Assembly: GCA_963675595.2 (NCBI GenBank)
Contig: CAXXLZ010000002.1
Span: forward strand, 4,480,001-4,544,000
Direction: 5' to 3'
DNA: 64,000 nucleotides
Source of the DNA: Thermodesulfobacteriota bacterium
GTDB taxonomy: Bacteria; Desulfobacterota; Desulfarculia; JACQYL01
The translations under genes were made by a program, and so were the position numbers. Position 1 is the first letter of the stretch. Each line of letters starts with the position of its first letter. Below, one piece after another: positions 18,256 to 27,223 of the stretch. Below the pieces are notes generated by a model. It did no database searches, was not told the DNA's origin, and worked only from the letters and a program-made list of their open reading frames with translations.

Positions 18256-19617
18256 TTAAATAAGATACCCGTAAATCTTGGCCAGCTTTTGTTCCGCGGC
18301 CAGGACCGCCGCTTTGGCGGAACGCTTCTGCACCAGCACTTCCTCGAACAGGTTCACGATGACGTACTCATGCATGGCCGCGGCGGAAGCGGCTCCCAAC
18401 GGCCCTTCGTATCCGTTCCACAGCATGCGGCTGATGCAGTCGCGGAAAGGGGTCACCCGAGGATCGTCATCCCAGGACGGATGTTCGGCGTAGGACTTGA
18501 GGGTCTGGGTGATGTAGCCGGCCGCCCCGGCGAGCCACGCCTCGTATTGCGTGCGTTCCATCATGAAGCGCAGGTAGTGCTTGGCCGTCTTGGGAACGCG
18601 GGTTCTGCGGAATACAAAGGCCAGGCTCAGGAGGGACAGCTCCGTGGGGTGTCCCACGGGTCCCACGGGATAATTGGCGGTGGCCAGGTCTCTGTTGATC
18701 GCGGGTTGCTTTTTGGCGGCGGCGTCCAGCAGGCTGGTTCCGTTATTGGTCAGGGAGATGTCTCCCGCAAGGAAGGCCAGGTTGTTGTCCGCGTCGTCCC
18801 AATGTTCCACGCCGGGAATCATGGTTTCGTACAGTTCCCGCCCGGCTTCCAACGCCTGCAGCGTCTCGGGGCTGCGTATGGCCACGGTCTTGCCGTCGGC
18901 CTGCACCGCTTTGCCTCCGAAGGACCAGAGCCACCAGTGGGTCCAGGAGTTGGCGTCTCCCACCGCGTGCCCCAGGGGAAAACCCGTTCGGTAGCCTTTG
19001 GATTTGAGGGCCTTGCAGCAACGCAGGAATCCCGCCAGGTCGTCCGGCAGGCTGTCGTACCCGGCTTCCATGAGACGACTGAGCCGAAAATTGATGCACA
19101 GGCCGGCGCAAACCATGGGCAGCGCGATCCAGCGTCCCGACTTGGAATCCTTACCGTATTTTTCGCACACCGGGTACCAGCCGCCGTATCGACTTCCCAG
19201 GGATTCGGCCGTGTCCGAAAGGTCCAGCAGTTTGTCGGGGTAGAGGTGGGGATCGTCGAACCAGCCGAGCACCACGTCGTGACCGTCCGCCAGAGCCGAC
19301 TCCATGGCCGCGCGAGGCCGAAGTTGATCCCAGGGAACGGTTTCGGTGAACACCTTGCCCCCGGTCAGGGCTTCCCATTTCCGGGTGTTGGCGTTCCACA
19401 CGTCTTCCTCGGACTGCACAAAGCTGGACCACCGCAGCACCTTGAGGACCGGATATTTCTCCAATTCCCCGAGGGCTTCGGATTCTTCGGCGGCCCATGC
19501 GGACCCGCGGAAAAGAGAGTTCATTCCGGGCAAGGAAGCGCTCAAAGCGGCGGCGCCGGCCACGGAAGTCTTGAGAAAATCCCTCCGGGAGGGGAGGTTC
19601 GGCTTGCGGCGTTTCAT
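18256..19617 (-). CDS. Tat-exported ABC transporter substrate-binding protein (sugar-type family)
   Basis: Twin-arginine SRRDFLK signal, KVLRWSSFV, WDDADNNLAFLAGDISLTNNGTS. RBS AGGAGG. Confidence 0.88.
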   Translation of the reverse strand: MKRRKPNLPSRRDFLKTSVAGAAALSASLPGMNSLFRGSAWAAEESEALGELEKYPVLKVLRWSSFVQSEEDVWNANTRKWEALTGGKVFTETVPWDQLRPRAAMESALADGHDVVLGWFDDPHLYPDKLLDLSDTAESLGSRYGGWYPVCEKYGKDSKSGRWIALPMVCAGLCINFRLSRLMEAGYDSLPDDLAGFLRCCKALKSKGYRTGFPLGHAVGDANSWTHWWLWSFGGKAVQADGKTVAIRSPETLQALEAGRELYETMIPGVEHWDDADNNLAFLAGDISLTNNGTSLLDAAAKKQPAINRDLATANYPVGPVGHPTELSLLSLAFVFRRTRVPKTAKHYLRFMMERTQYEAWLAGAAGYITQTLKSYAEHPSWDDDPRVTPFRDCISRMLWNGYEGPLGAASAAAMHEYVIVNLFEEVLVQKRSAKAAVLAAEQKLAKIYGYLI

Positions 19618-19797
19618 GAGCGGGTCTCCTCCTAATTGAACGCAACAGGCAAGGGCAGGGCGGCCGATCCCGCGGGGTCCGCCGCGCCGAGTCGTCGTTC
19701 AGCCCGCATGGGAGCCCGCCGGCCAACGGGTGCGCAAGCGGTCCATGGGGCTGAGGTTTCCTTAGAAAAAGATGGAAGGCATGCATTCACGGGGTAT

Positions 19798-19848
19798 CCG
19801 GGACAACCTTTTGAAAAAGGTTTTCCCGGCCCCTTTCCCAAACTTCTT
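19798..19848 (-). repeat. Repeat family A, large hairpin only
   Basis: CCGGGACAACCTTTTGAAAAAGGTTTTCCCGG followed by CCCC...AAACTT. Confidence 0.7.
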
Positions 19849-20038
19849 GAGCGTGTTGTTCGATCGCGCCTCGCAAGCGGGGTCGGGGGTTCTCTATGAA
19901 CAGCCCGCCGGGTCCGAACAACCGGAACTTTCGACAAGGTCGTCGCCGTTTGAATGCGCTGAATCGGCAAGTAAGCTCACCCTGTAAATCAGTGCGACGG
20001 AAGAAGCGGCCATCGCTCACGGGAGGAATTTCTTTATT

Positions 20039-20064
20039 GTAGGGGCAGGCCACAGTGCCTGCCC
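20039..20064 (+). repeat. GTAG-type REP
   Basis: GTAGGGGCAGGCCACAGTGCCTGCCC; downstream GGCCGAAGGCC-ACCTT is shared with the copy at 33533. Confidence 0.8.
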
Positions 20065-20142
20065 AAGAGGCGGCCGAAGGCCCACCTTCTCCCCTGTGCT
20101 CCCGTGCCGGCGCTCCCCCGGTGATCCTGTGCATGAAAACGC

Positions 20143-20494
20143 ATGCAGGATACCTTTGCGGCGGGGTTCGTGTCCAGCCGGGAGAAAAGCATCCTGTCGA
20201 TTCAGGATGAAGAAGTGGATTCGGAATCAGCGGGACTGGGAGGAATGTATCCAGAAATCTCCATGAGTGAGCCTTTGGGGTGGATATTCGATACATTTTG
20301 CTTGATCCCCGGGAACCCATTTCCCTATTTTGATCTCAGACGAAAAATTGGCGATTGCTTTCGTCAACCGATGCAATTCCGAACGAGGTTTTGTTGGGCT
20401 CCAGTTTGATGTTGATGCAAGGATTATTGAGCGTAAGCGTTCAGATAGGCCGGTTCTTGAGTGGAATGAAGAAGTTAAGAGGCAAGACCTGACC
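20143..20494 (+). pseudogene. Probable degraded REP-associated tyrosine (Y1/RAYT) transposase relic
   Basis: FVSSRE..SIQDEEVD...LGWIFDTFCLIPGN then, after a frameshift, HFPILI resembles the RAYT HVTSRG...YCLMxNHxHLL region. Ends in GGCAAGACCTGACC (GKT-stop). Resemblance judged by eye. Confidence 0.45.
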
Positions 20495-20561
20495 GCACAG
20501 CCAGGAGCGTTATTCTGAAAACCACTCTATATTACAGATTAAAGGCTAAGAGGAGGAGGAC

Positions 20562-21410
20562 ATGAAAACAAGATTCCGGAAGACATCTCTGCTTATGGCT
20601 CTGCTGTCGTTTGGGCTGTTCTGCGGATGGGCCGCCTCCTTGCCCGCTTCAGAAACCGGCCGCCAACTTCAGGCAAACTCGGATTCCGGGCAAGGCCGGG
20701 CCGTCAAGACCATCGGCATCATCGGTGGGGTCAGCTGGGTGTCCTCGGCCGAGTACTACAAATTGATGAACCAAATGGTCGCGGAAAGGTTGGGTGGATT
20801 GCACTCGGCGCAACTGCTGATGTTCTCCATCGAGTTCGGCGAGTTTTCCAAACAGGAGCGCCTTGCCGACCTGGGTGATTGGGCGCCCTTGAAGAAAACA
20901 ATGCTCGATGCCGCCCGGCGGTTGAAGAGCGGGGGTGCCGATTTTGTCGTGATCGCCTCGAACACGTTGAACTCCCAAGCCGGTCTCATCGAGGCCGAGG
21001 TGGGAATCCCCGTCCTGCACATCGCCGACGCCGTCGGCCGGAAGATACAAGAAAAGGGGCTGCGAAAGGTGGCCTTGCTGGGCACGAAATATACCATGGA
21101 GCAACCGTTTTACCGCGATCGCCTCGCCAAGTACGGCATAGATGTGGTGACCCCGAACAAGGACGAGCGGGACTATATCAACGCGGTGATCTTCGACGAG
21201 CTGTGCGCGGGCAAGATCGAAGCGGAGTCCAGGCGCAACTACGTGCGGATCATCGAGCGTCTGGCCGAGGAAGCCGGCGCCCAGGGAGTGATTTTGGGTT
21301 GCACCGAGATTCCCCTGCTGGTCAAGCAGGCGGACGTAAGCATTCCCGTTTTTGACACCACGCTTATACACTCGGAAGCCGCAGTCAAGCACGCTCTGGG
21401 GAATGAATGA
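20562..21410 (+). CDS. Aspartate/glutamate racemase family protein with an N-terminal signal peptide
   Basis: KTIGIIGGVSWVSSAEYY, ASNT, HIADA, LLGTKYTM, ILGCTEIPLL (YgeA/RacX-like). RBS AGGAGGA. Confidence 0.92.
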   Translation: MKTRFRKTSLLMALLSFGLFCGWAASLPASETGRQLQANSDSGQGRAVKTIGIIGGVSWVSSAEYYKLMNQMVAERLGGLHSAQLLMFSIEFGEFSKQERLADLGDWAPLKKTMLDAARRLKSGGADFVVIASNTLNSQAGLIEAEVGIPVLHIADAVGRKIQEKGLRKVALLGTKYTMEQPFYRDRLAKYGIDVVTPNKDERDYINAVIFDELCAGKIEAESRRNYVRIIERLAEEAGAQGVILGCTEIPLLVKQADVSIPVFDTTLIHSEAAVKHALGNE

Positions 21411-21443
21411 CACGGGTTCGGCTGGAGCTGTAAAAGCGCTTTT

Positions 21444-21585
21444 GGGGTCACCCAGACATGCTTCATTCCGAACGAGGTTCTGTTGGACTCCAGCTTGGTG
21501 GTGGTGAAAAGATTATTCGACATAACAGTTCAGATAGACCGGTTCGGGAGTGGAATAAAAAAGTCAAAAGGCAAGACCTGACCCC
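21444..21585 (+). repeat. Second copy of the 119-bp relic repeat, bounded by GGGGTCA...TGACCCC
   Basis: 21465-21583 aligns without gaps to 20376-20494 (ATTCCGAACGAGGTT...GTTCAGATAG...GAGTGGAAT...AGGCAAGACCTGACC). Confidence 0.8.
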
Positions 21586-21780
21586 GATTTCGCTTGCATA
21601 CCCCTCCCCCTTTGGGGCCGCAATCAGGGTAGTCCGTCGAACAGCTGGGCGCAGGTCATGCTATTTGACGCTTCTAATCGTTCAACCAGACGATTTACAG
21701 AGTCGTCTCGCATATGCGGAGGAAGCAGCTCGGTGTTTTGAGCGGACACATCCAATGATCGTTCGAAGGACGGTGATGGA

Positions 21781-22998
21781 ATGAAAAAAGAGTTCTGCAT
21801 CCTGTTTATGGTGATCATGGCGTTTTGTGCCGTTCCCGTGTCTTCGCAGGAGGTGAAAGGAACTGGTACGGATGAGCTTCGAAAGGAGGCGGATTCGGTA
21901 TTGAGGCAAGGCGCAGCGCGCAGAAAGATAGAGGTGGTATTCAATCTGGTTGATCGATTGCTGGAGGAGGGCAGTGAGGATGCCGTGCTGTATCTTGAAG
22001 AGGGTCTGGAGTATTTCCCTTGGAACCTGAAATACCAGATGATTTATGCGGAACTGCTCGCCAAAGGAGGCAGACCGACCCGGGCGAGAGAGAGGGCGGA
22101 ACTCGTTCTCCAATATGGAGAGACGGACGACCTGATCGAGCGGGCGCGGAAACTGTTGGGTAAGGAACCGCTCCCGACATTGGACAAAGTGGGATCGGTT
22201 CCCGGATCGAGTTGTTCCGTGGTGCTTGTCCCGTTGATGGAGGCCGACGTGTGGCTCCTCGAACGAGTCAAAGACCGCCTTTCCGCGACCCTGGGCATTC
22301 CGGTGTACATTCGGACGATGGAAGCGGACTATCCTCCTTTTGCTCGTGATCGTCGCGGTGCGGTGCTGAACGGGTTACGAAAGGATCTTAAGAAAGACAT
22401 CGACAATTTTTGGGTCGCCAAGGTCTTGAAAGACTCGGGAATGACGCCGAAGGACCTGGATGATGAAGCCAAACTTCTCCGCGTCGTGAAGACGCTGATG
22501 AGCGGCGCCGGCCCGGAAGCCATGGCGGAATTCGAAGCCGAGCTCGAACGGTCGCGAGGCAAGGATCCGCAGTGGGATTCCGAGGCGTTGCTGACCGTTC
22601 TGGTTCGAACGGTGAAACCTCACCGCAGGAAGAAGGTTGCGTATCTCGGTGTCACATCCGTGGATATGTATACCAAAGACTACAATTTCCTCTTCGGATG
22701 GGCGGGTCGACGCGGAGGCGTTGTATCGTACCATCGATTCACGGCCGCCTTCAACGACGAGGTGCCGAATCAGGAACGACTGATCAAGAGAACCCTCATG
22801 CAATGCCTTCAATCGATAGGGCATATCTACGGTATGGAAAATTGTACGAACCCGACGTGCGCCCGCGCCTATCCCAATTCCCTGGAGGAACACGACGCAA
22901 AGGAGGATACGCTTTGTCCGCAGTGCAGGAGCCGATTCGAAAAAATCTTCAAACAAGCCCTTCCGAGCGACGTGCCGAAGGCCGGGGCCGAGAAGTAA
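21781..22998 (+). CDS. Exported TPR-like plus archaemetzincin (M54)-like protein with a degenerate catalytic motif
   Basis: Signal peptide, helical repeat region, LGVTSVDMY..DYNFLFG, QSIGHIYGMENCTNPTCARAYPNSLEEHDAKEDTLCPQC. Confidence 0.8.
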   Translation: MKKEFCILFMVIMAFCAVPVSSQEVKGTGTDELRKEADSVLRQGAARRKIEVVFNLVDRLLEEGSEDAVLYLEEGLEYFPWNLKYQMIYAELLAKGGRPTRARERAELVLQYGETDDLIERARKLLGKEPLPTLDKVGSVPGSSCSVVLVPLMEADVWLLERVKDRLSATLGIPVYIRTMEADYPPFARDRRGAVLNGLRKDLKKDIDNFWVAKVLKDSGMTPKDLDDEAKLLRVVKTLMSGAGPEAMAEFEAELERSRGKDPQWDSEALLTVLVRTVKPHRRKKVAYLGVTSVDMYTKDYNFLFGWAGRRGGVVSYHRFTAAFNDEVPNQERLIKRTLMQCLQSIGHIYGMENCTNPTCARAYPNSLEEHDAKEDTLCPQCRSRFEKIFKQALPSDVPKAGAEK

Positions 22999-23306
22999 CG
23001 TTAGGGTTTGGATAAATGGCGATTTCAAGCCGGTGGTATCCGGAATGCCTCACTTTGCAGGAATGACCCCTCGCGCCGTCGTTTGAGGAGCCGGGTCTTC
23101 CGGACGAAGTCAACAGGCGGGGTCCGCCGTTATCTATTGAGACCGCGCGACTGCACTATAATCGGTAGTGTCCAGATTTTTTCGCACTTTGTAGGGGATG
23201 AGCTCAAACGGCCGGACTGCTTGCCGGCCTTGGGGCTTGAGCGGGGATTTGAGCCGGCGGGAGTCGGCTTGCCGTGCTTCGGCAAATAAAGGCCCCGAGA
23301 GATGGG

Positions 23307-23537
23307 TCAGCACTCGTCGAGGAGCTTGAAGTATGCTTCTCTTGACAGTTCCGCCGTCTTGATCAGCCCGAGGATGATGTCCTCATCCACGGCGGTGTAT
23401 TCCGGAATGATAAGAGGTCGCTTTATCCCCGCCTTTTTGTAGGCTCGATGTGAGCCCTTTTGCCTTGCAAAAACGAACCCCGCTTTTTGAAATACGCATT
23501 CCAATTTCCGCCAATGCACGGGCGTTATGCGTGGCAT
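23307..23537 (-). CDS. hicA: HicA family mRNA interferase toxin
   Basis: 76 aa, GFVFARQKGSH motif with the catalytic His. Confidence 0.9.
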   Translation of the reverse strand: MPRITPVHWRKLECVFQKAGFVFARQKGSHRAYKKAGIKRPLIIPEYTAVDEDIILGLIKTAELSREAYFKLLDEC

Positions 23538-23848
23538 CTCTCGGGCATCATTTCGTTAATGATGAACGGTAATGGAATATCCAAGAACTCTTCTTCAGGA
23601 GCAACCTCGTCCTTTTCGATGACACCGGAGAAGGCGGGCGAGAATCCGCACTCTTTCATGATTTCTTCCAGTGTCCCCATTTCATAGGCCGTCTGCAGAA
23701 AAAGCTCCAAAGCCTCCTCGATGTTATGCCTGGCTTCTTCCTCGGTCCTCCCCTGTGACGCGACATTAAACGCGTCGCAATGAGATACGACCCACTCCCC
23801 TTTATGCGCCAATCTGATGGGTACCCGGAAGGTGATCGTCACTCGCAT
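23525..23848 (-). CDS. hicB: HicB family antitoxin (short form)
   Basis: VASQGRTEEEARHNIEEALELFL motif; overlaps the hicA start. Confidence 0.88.
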   Translation of the reverse strand: MRVTITFRVPIRLAHKGEWVVSHCDAFNVASQGRTEEEARHNIEEALELFLQTAYEMGTLEEIMKECGFSPAFSGVIEKDEVAPEEEFLDIPLPFIINEMMPERCHA

Positions 23849-24087
23849 CTTATCGTCCTCGCAAAAGTGGCAATAAAGACAGCCGGTTCACAAAGCATAA
23901 ATCTTCATGTCTCATCTATTTATTATTAAAACGGTGGTTCCGGCCGTCAAGCAGTTTGAGTGCGTTCACACAGCCCCTGTTCCGGGATCAACCCAAACCG
24001 CGCCGAGTTCAGGTCACCCGAGCCGGATTCCGACAGGCTTTTTGATCCGGGGACATCCATACTGTTCATTGAGATGGACGCTCCCTT

Positions 24088-25728
24088 TCAATACGCCAAC
24101 GCGTACCCGTCGCCCCTAGGGTCGGCCCCTCCCTGCAACACGCCGGTGTTCTTGTCTCTCAGAATGCCCTGGGCGTGACCCATGTTCCAGGTCCAGTCGT
24201 CGAGCACGTTGACCTCGTGTCCCAGGTCGAACAGTTTCCGGATGACCGAGGAAGAGATTCTTCCTTCCAGGTTGAACATGGATTTGGGGTCCCCGAGGAT
24301 AACGCTGCCGTGGAGCCATCGAGGGGCTTCGATGGCCTGCTGCATGTGCATGCCGAAGTCGAGCACATTGCTGATCACGGCCAGATGGGTTTGAGGTTGG
24401 CCGTCTCCCCCCATGCTGCCGAAAACCATAAAGAGCTCGTCCGATTCGTCGAATACCATGGAGGCGATGAGGGTGTGCATGGTGCGCTTGCCGGGTTCCA
24501 GGCGGTTCACGTGGGTGGGGTCCAGGGAGAAATAGGCTCCCCGGTTCTGGGGAATGATGCCCGTGCCGGGCACCGCCATGCCGCAGCCGAAAGGAAAATA
24601 GATGCTCTGGATGCAGGATACGGCATTGCCCCATTGATCCATGATCGCAAAGTAGGTGGTGTCCCCCCGAGGGTCCCCGGCCGGCGCCGGCGAAGACATG
24701 GCGCGATCCGGGTTCAACAGGGACCGTCTCCGGTCGGCATAGTCCTTGCTCATTAGTTCATCCAGGGGAATGTCGGCGAATTCCGGGTCCGTGATGTACC
24801 GATCCCGGTCGGCGCAGGCCGTCTTCTTGGCTTCGCACATGAGGTGCAGGCATTCCGCGGAATTGTGCCCCAGGGAACGCACGTCGAAGGCTTCCATGAG
24901 ATTGAATTCCTGGATCGCCTGGAGCCCCTGGGTGTTGGGCGGAGTCTCGTAAATCCGATAGCCTCGATAGGTGGTGGAAATGGGGTCTCCCCAGTCGGAA
25001 TGGTGACCATGCAAATCCTCCTCCCCAAGGAAACCGCCCACACTGTGGGAGAATTGGAGCATCTTCTCGGCGATCTCTCCTCGGTAGAACCCGTCCCGCC
25101 CGTGCGCCGCCAAGGTGCGTAACGTGCGGGCCAGGTCCTTCTGAATCAGGACGTCGCCGGCGCGGGGAGCCCTGCCGCTAGGAAAGAAAATTTCAGCGAA
25201 GGACGGGAACACGTTGAGGTCCTCATGACCCGCGATCCACCACGCAACCTGGTGGCTCAAGGGAAAACCGTCTTCGGCGTAACGGATCGCCGGAGCCAGC
25301 AGGTCCTTCCAATCCATGGAACCGTATCGGTTGAGCACCTCATGCCATCCGTCCACGCATCCGGGCACGGTGATCATGGCCATGGGACCTCGGAACGGGA
25401 TGGCGTTGAGTCCACGGCTTCTGAAATAGTCTCCGTGGGCCGCCCGCGCCGCACGGCCGCTGCCGTTGAGAAACACGACCTTGCCTTCCCGCGCGGGGAA
25501 GAGCAGGTAGAACACGTCGCCCCCCACGCCGCACATGTGAGGCTGAGTCACGTTGAGTACGGCATTGACCGCCACCGCGGCGTCAAAGGCGTTGCCGCCT
25601 CGTTTCAAAACGTCGAGGCCCGTGTCCGAAGCCAGAGGATGAGCCGACGCCACTACGCCTCGACGACCCATGACCGCGGGTCTGGCCGCGAACGCGTCGC
25701 CGCCGATGAGGGGAGAGTGCAATGCCAT
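24088..25728 (-). CDS. ggt: Gamma-glutamyltransferase family Ntn hydrolase (YwrD-like, no signal peptide)
   Basis: GGNAFDAAVA, CGVGGD, GD-TTY autocleavage Thr, PGKRTMHT, GSMGGDGQPQ, GGADPRGDG. Confidence 0.93.
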   Translation of the reverse strand: MALHSPLIGGDAFAARPAVMGRRGVVASAHPLASDTGLDVLKRGGNAFDAAVAVNAVLNVTQPHMCGVGGDVFYLLFPAREGKVVFLNGSGRAARAAHGDYFRSRGLNAIPFRGPMAMITVPGCVDGWHEVLNRYGSMDWKDLLAPAIRYAEDGFPLSHQVAWWIAGHEDLNVFPSFAEIFFPSGRAPRAGDVLIQKDLARTLRTLAAHGRDGFYRGEIAEKMLQFSHSVGGFLGEEDLHGHHSDWGDPISTTYRGYRIYETPPNTQGLQAIQEFNLMEAFDVRSLGHNSAECLHLMCEAKKTACADRDRYITDPEFADIPLDELMSKDYADRRRSLLNPDRAMSSPAPAGDPRGDTTYFAIMDQWGNAVSCIQSIYFPFGCGMAVPGTGIIPQNRGAYFSLDPTHVNRLEPGKRTMHTLIASMVFDESDELFMVFGSMGGDGQPQTHLAVISNVLDFGMHMQQAIEAPRWLHGSVILGDPKSMFNLEGRISSSVIRKLFDLGHEVNVLDDWTWNMGHAQGILRDKNTGVLQGGADPRGDGYALAY

Positions 25729-25798
25729 GGTCGCTCCCGTTGTGACAGGTTTCCGCCTGCTTCCGAAGATATCCGGTATCCGTTCAGAGGATATACCG

Positions 25799-25942
25799 CG
25801 GGGGGACGCCGTCCCCCCGGACCCCCGTTGCGTTTTTTCGAATCGCGTACGCGATTCGAAAAACGAGCGGCATGTGCCGTCCAGCCGATTAAAACATCTG
25901 AAGCTTTCAAAAAGGGTTCCTTCGGATACCCTTCCGAATGCT
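25799..25942. repeat. Repeat family C copy 1, containing a 30-bp perfect palindrome
   Basis: TTTTTCGAATCGCGTACGCGATTCGAAAAA at 25834-25863; colinear with 32024-32169. Confidence 0.85.
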
Positions 25943-26096
25943 CATCCACCTTGTGAAAGTGATCAATGGTACCTCAAGAGAATCCGGTATTGCATCTCCT
26001 TTACCGGATCGTTGAAGGATGCGATGCGCGGCAAGCGCTTCGTCCTTTTTGTCCATTCACGGAATTTCTTTGCCGATTCACGAAAAGTCAAGATCA

Positions 26097-26181
26097 GCCT
26101 CTCCGCCGAAGGCGGTGAGGCCCGTCCAAAGTGCTTTGGGAGGGGGTTTCGGGGGAGGACTTTCTCGAAAGTCCTCCCCCG
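26097..26181 (+). repeat. Repeat family A, intact reference copy
   Basis: GCCTCTCCGCCGAAGGCGGTGAGGC ... GGGGGTTT CGGGGGAGGACTTTCTCGAAAGTCCTCCCCCG. Confidence 0.85.
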
Positions 26182-26286
26182 TGCATTGCGACGAACACCG
26201 GACGCGGAACGCCTCGCTTGTTCTCGTTCCGAGGACCGAACTATAATGGGAATGGTTCACTTTGGGGGATCTTGTTATGGGTTCCC

Positions 26287-26967
26287 CGGGGAACGGCATC
26301 ACCCCGGCCCCCCGGATGCGGGCTCCGTCTCTATCGGGACGAAGTCCCGGACTTTGGCCCTTTATGATAATGCTTGGAACATGATTTGCACGAAATACCT
26401 AATTAATTGCGTATAGTGCAGCGGATTTCAGATTGGGTCTTGTATTTCCGTGCGTTCGTGCCGGAGTCCCTATGTGCACCAACGTCTCAAGAATTTTCGA
26501 GCCGGCATCGAGTCGGGAATATTCTACCTCAAACGCTGTCTTGGGTTGGATCGCTGCAACTAATAAGGGTGGCGCTTCTTCCAGAGCTATGTGCGGGCCT
26601 TGATCGTTTCGGGCAACCTGCTCACGCTTGCTAGGCCAAGTACTGCGGATTAACCTGCAGGAAGAACATTGTTACCGCACATGCATGGAGCATCTCAGGA
26701 TACGAGTGTCATCATAACCACAAGTATTGACGAATAAAATTGCATAGCATCGGTTTAACCAACAGAATACTCTATGTGGCCGGCAACCACCGAACCCGAC
26801 CATAAGTCTGCAATCAGGCCTTTATGGGAATATACTAGCCGTTAGAAGGTTGTAGGATAAATGTTCAAGAAAATATTATTGATTAACTATCTTATTCGGT
26901 ATAATTCACGCAAATTACAGATAGTCAAAGGCCATACAGGTAGGGGCGGTTCGCGAACCGCCCCTAC
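26287..26967 (+). mobile_element. Composite AT-rich repeat, copy 1 (hairpins, imperfect-IR element 26349-26933, GTAG REP)
   Basis: Aligns with 28173-28540 apart from about 310 extra bp. Ends GGACTTTGGCCCTTTATGAT and ATTACAGATAGTCAAAGGCC are imperfect inverted repeats. Followed by GTAGGGGCGGTTCGCGAACCGCCCCTAC. Confidence 0.75.
26471..26653 (+). pseudogene. C-terminal fragment of an ISNCY/IS5-like DDE transposase
   Basis: YVHQRLKNFRAGIESGIFYLKRCLGLDRCN**GWRFFQSYVRALIVSGNLLTLAR, with two in-frame TAA codons at 26561-26566. Confidence 0.8.
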
Positions 26968-27039
26968 GGGAGGATGTTAGCCGATTCAGCGGATGTCAGG
27001 AACGTTGGGAACTGGTGAGGAAACCCGGTTTGTTCAGCA

Positions 27040-27124
27040 GCCTCTCCCCCGAAAGCGGTGAGGCCTGTCCAAGGTGCTTTGCAAGGGGGTTTCGGGGGAG
27101 GATCTTCCCGAAAGTCCTCCCCCG
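27040..27124 (+). repeat. Repeat family A copy
   Basis: Close variant of 26097-26181. Confidence 0.85.
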
Positions 27125-27223
27125 TGAATCCGCATCTAGAATAAGTCGTAACCCGGAGTTGCAGCCGGGGGCTTTTTGAAATTCCTCGAACGGGGAGTGC
27201 GATCAACCGGAAGGGAGGAATGC

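Noticed and set aside
21633-23007. Integron cassette-like signals (GTCGAAC...GTTCGAA before the pseudoprotease; TAAC GTTAGGG at its stop)
   Set aside because: No inner attC symmetry is visible and there is no integrase in the window. IntegronFinder would settle it.
23040-23185. Possible further RAYT tail (RLRSRVFRTKSTGG, then GGTAGTGTCCAGATTT)
   Set aside because: The resemblance is too short and degenerate to support without a search.
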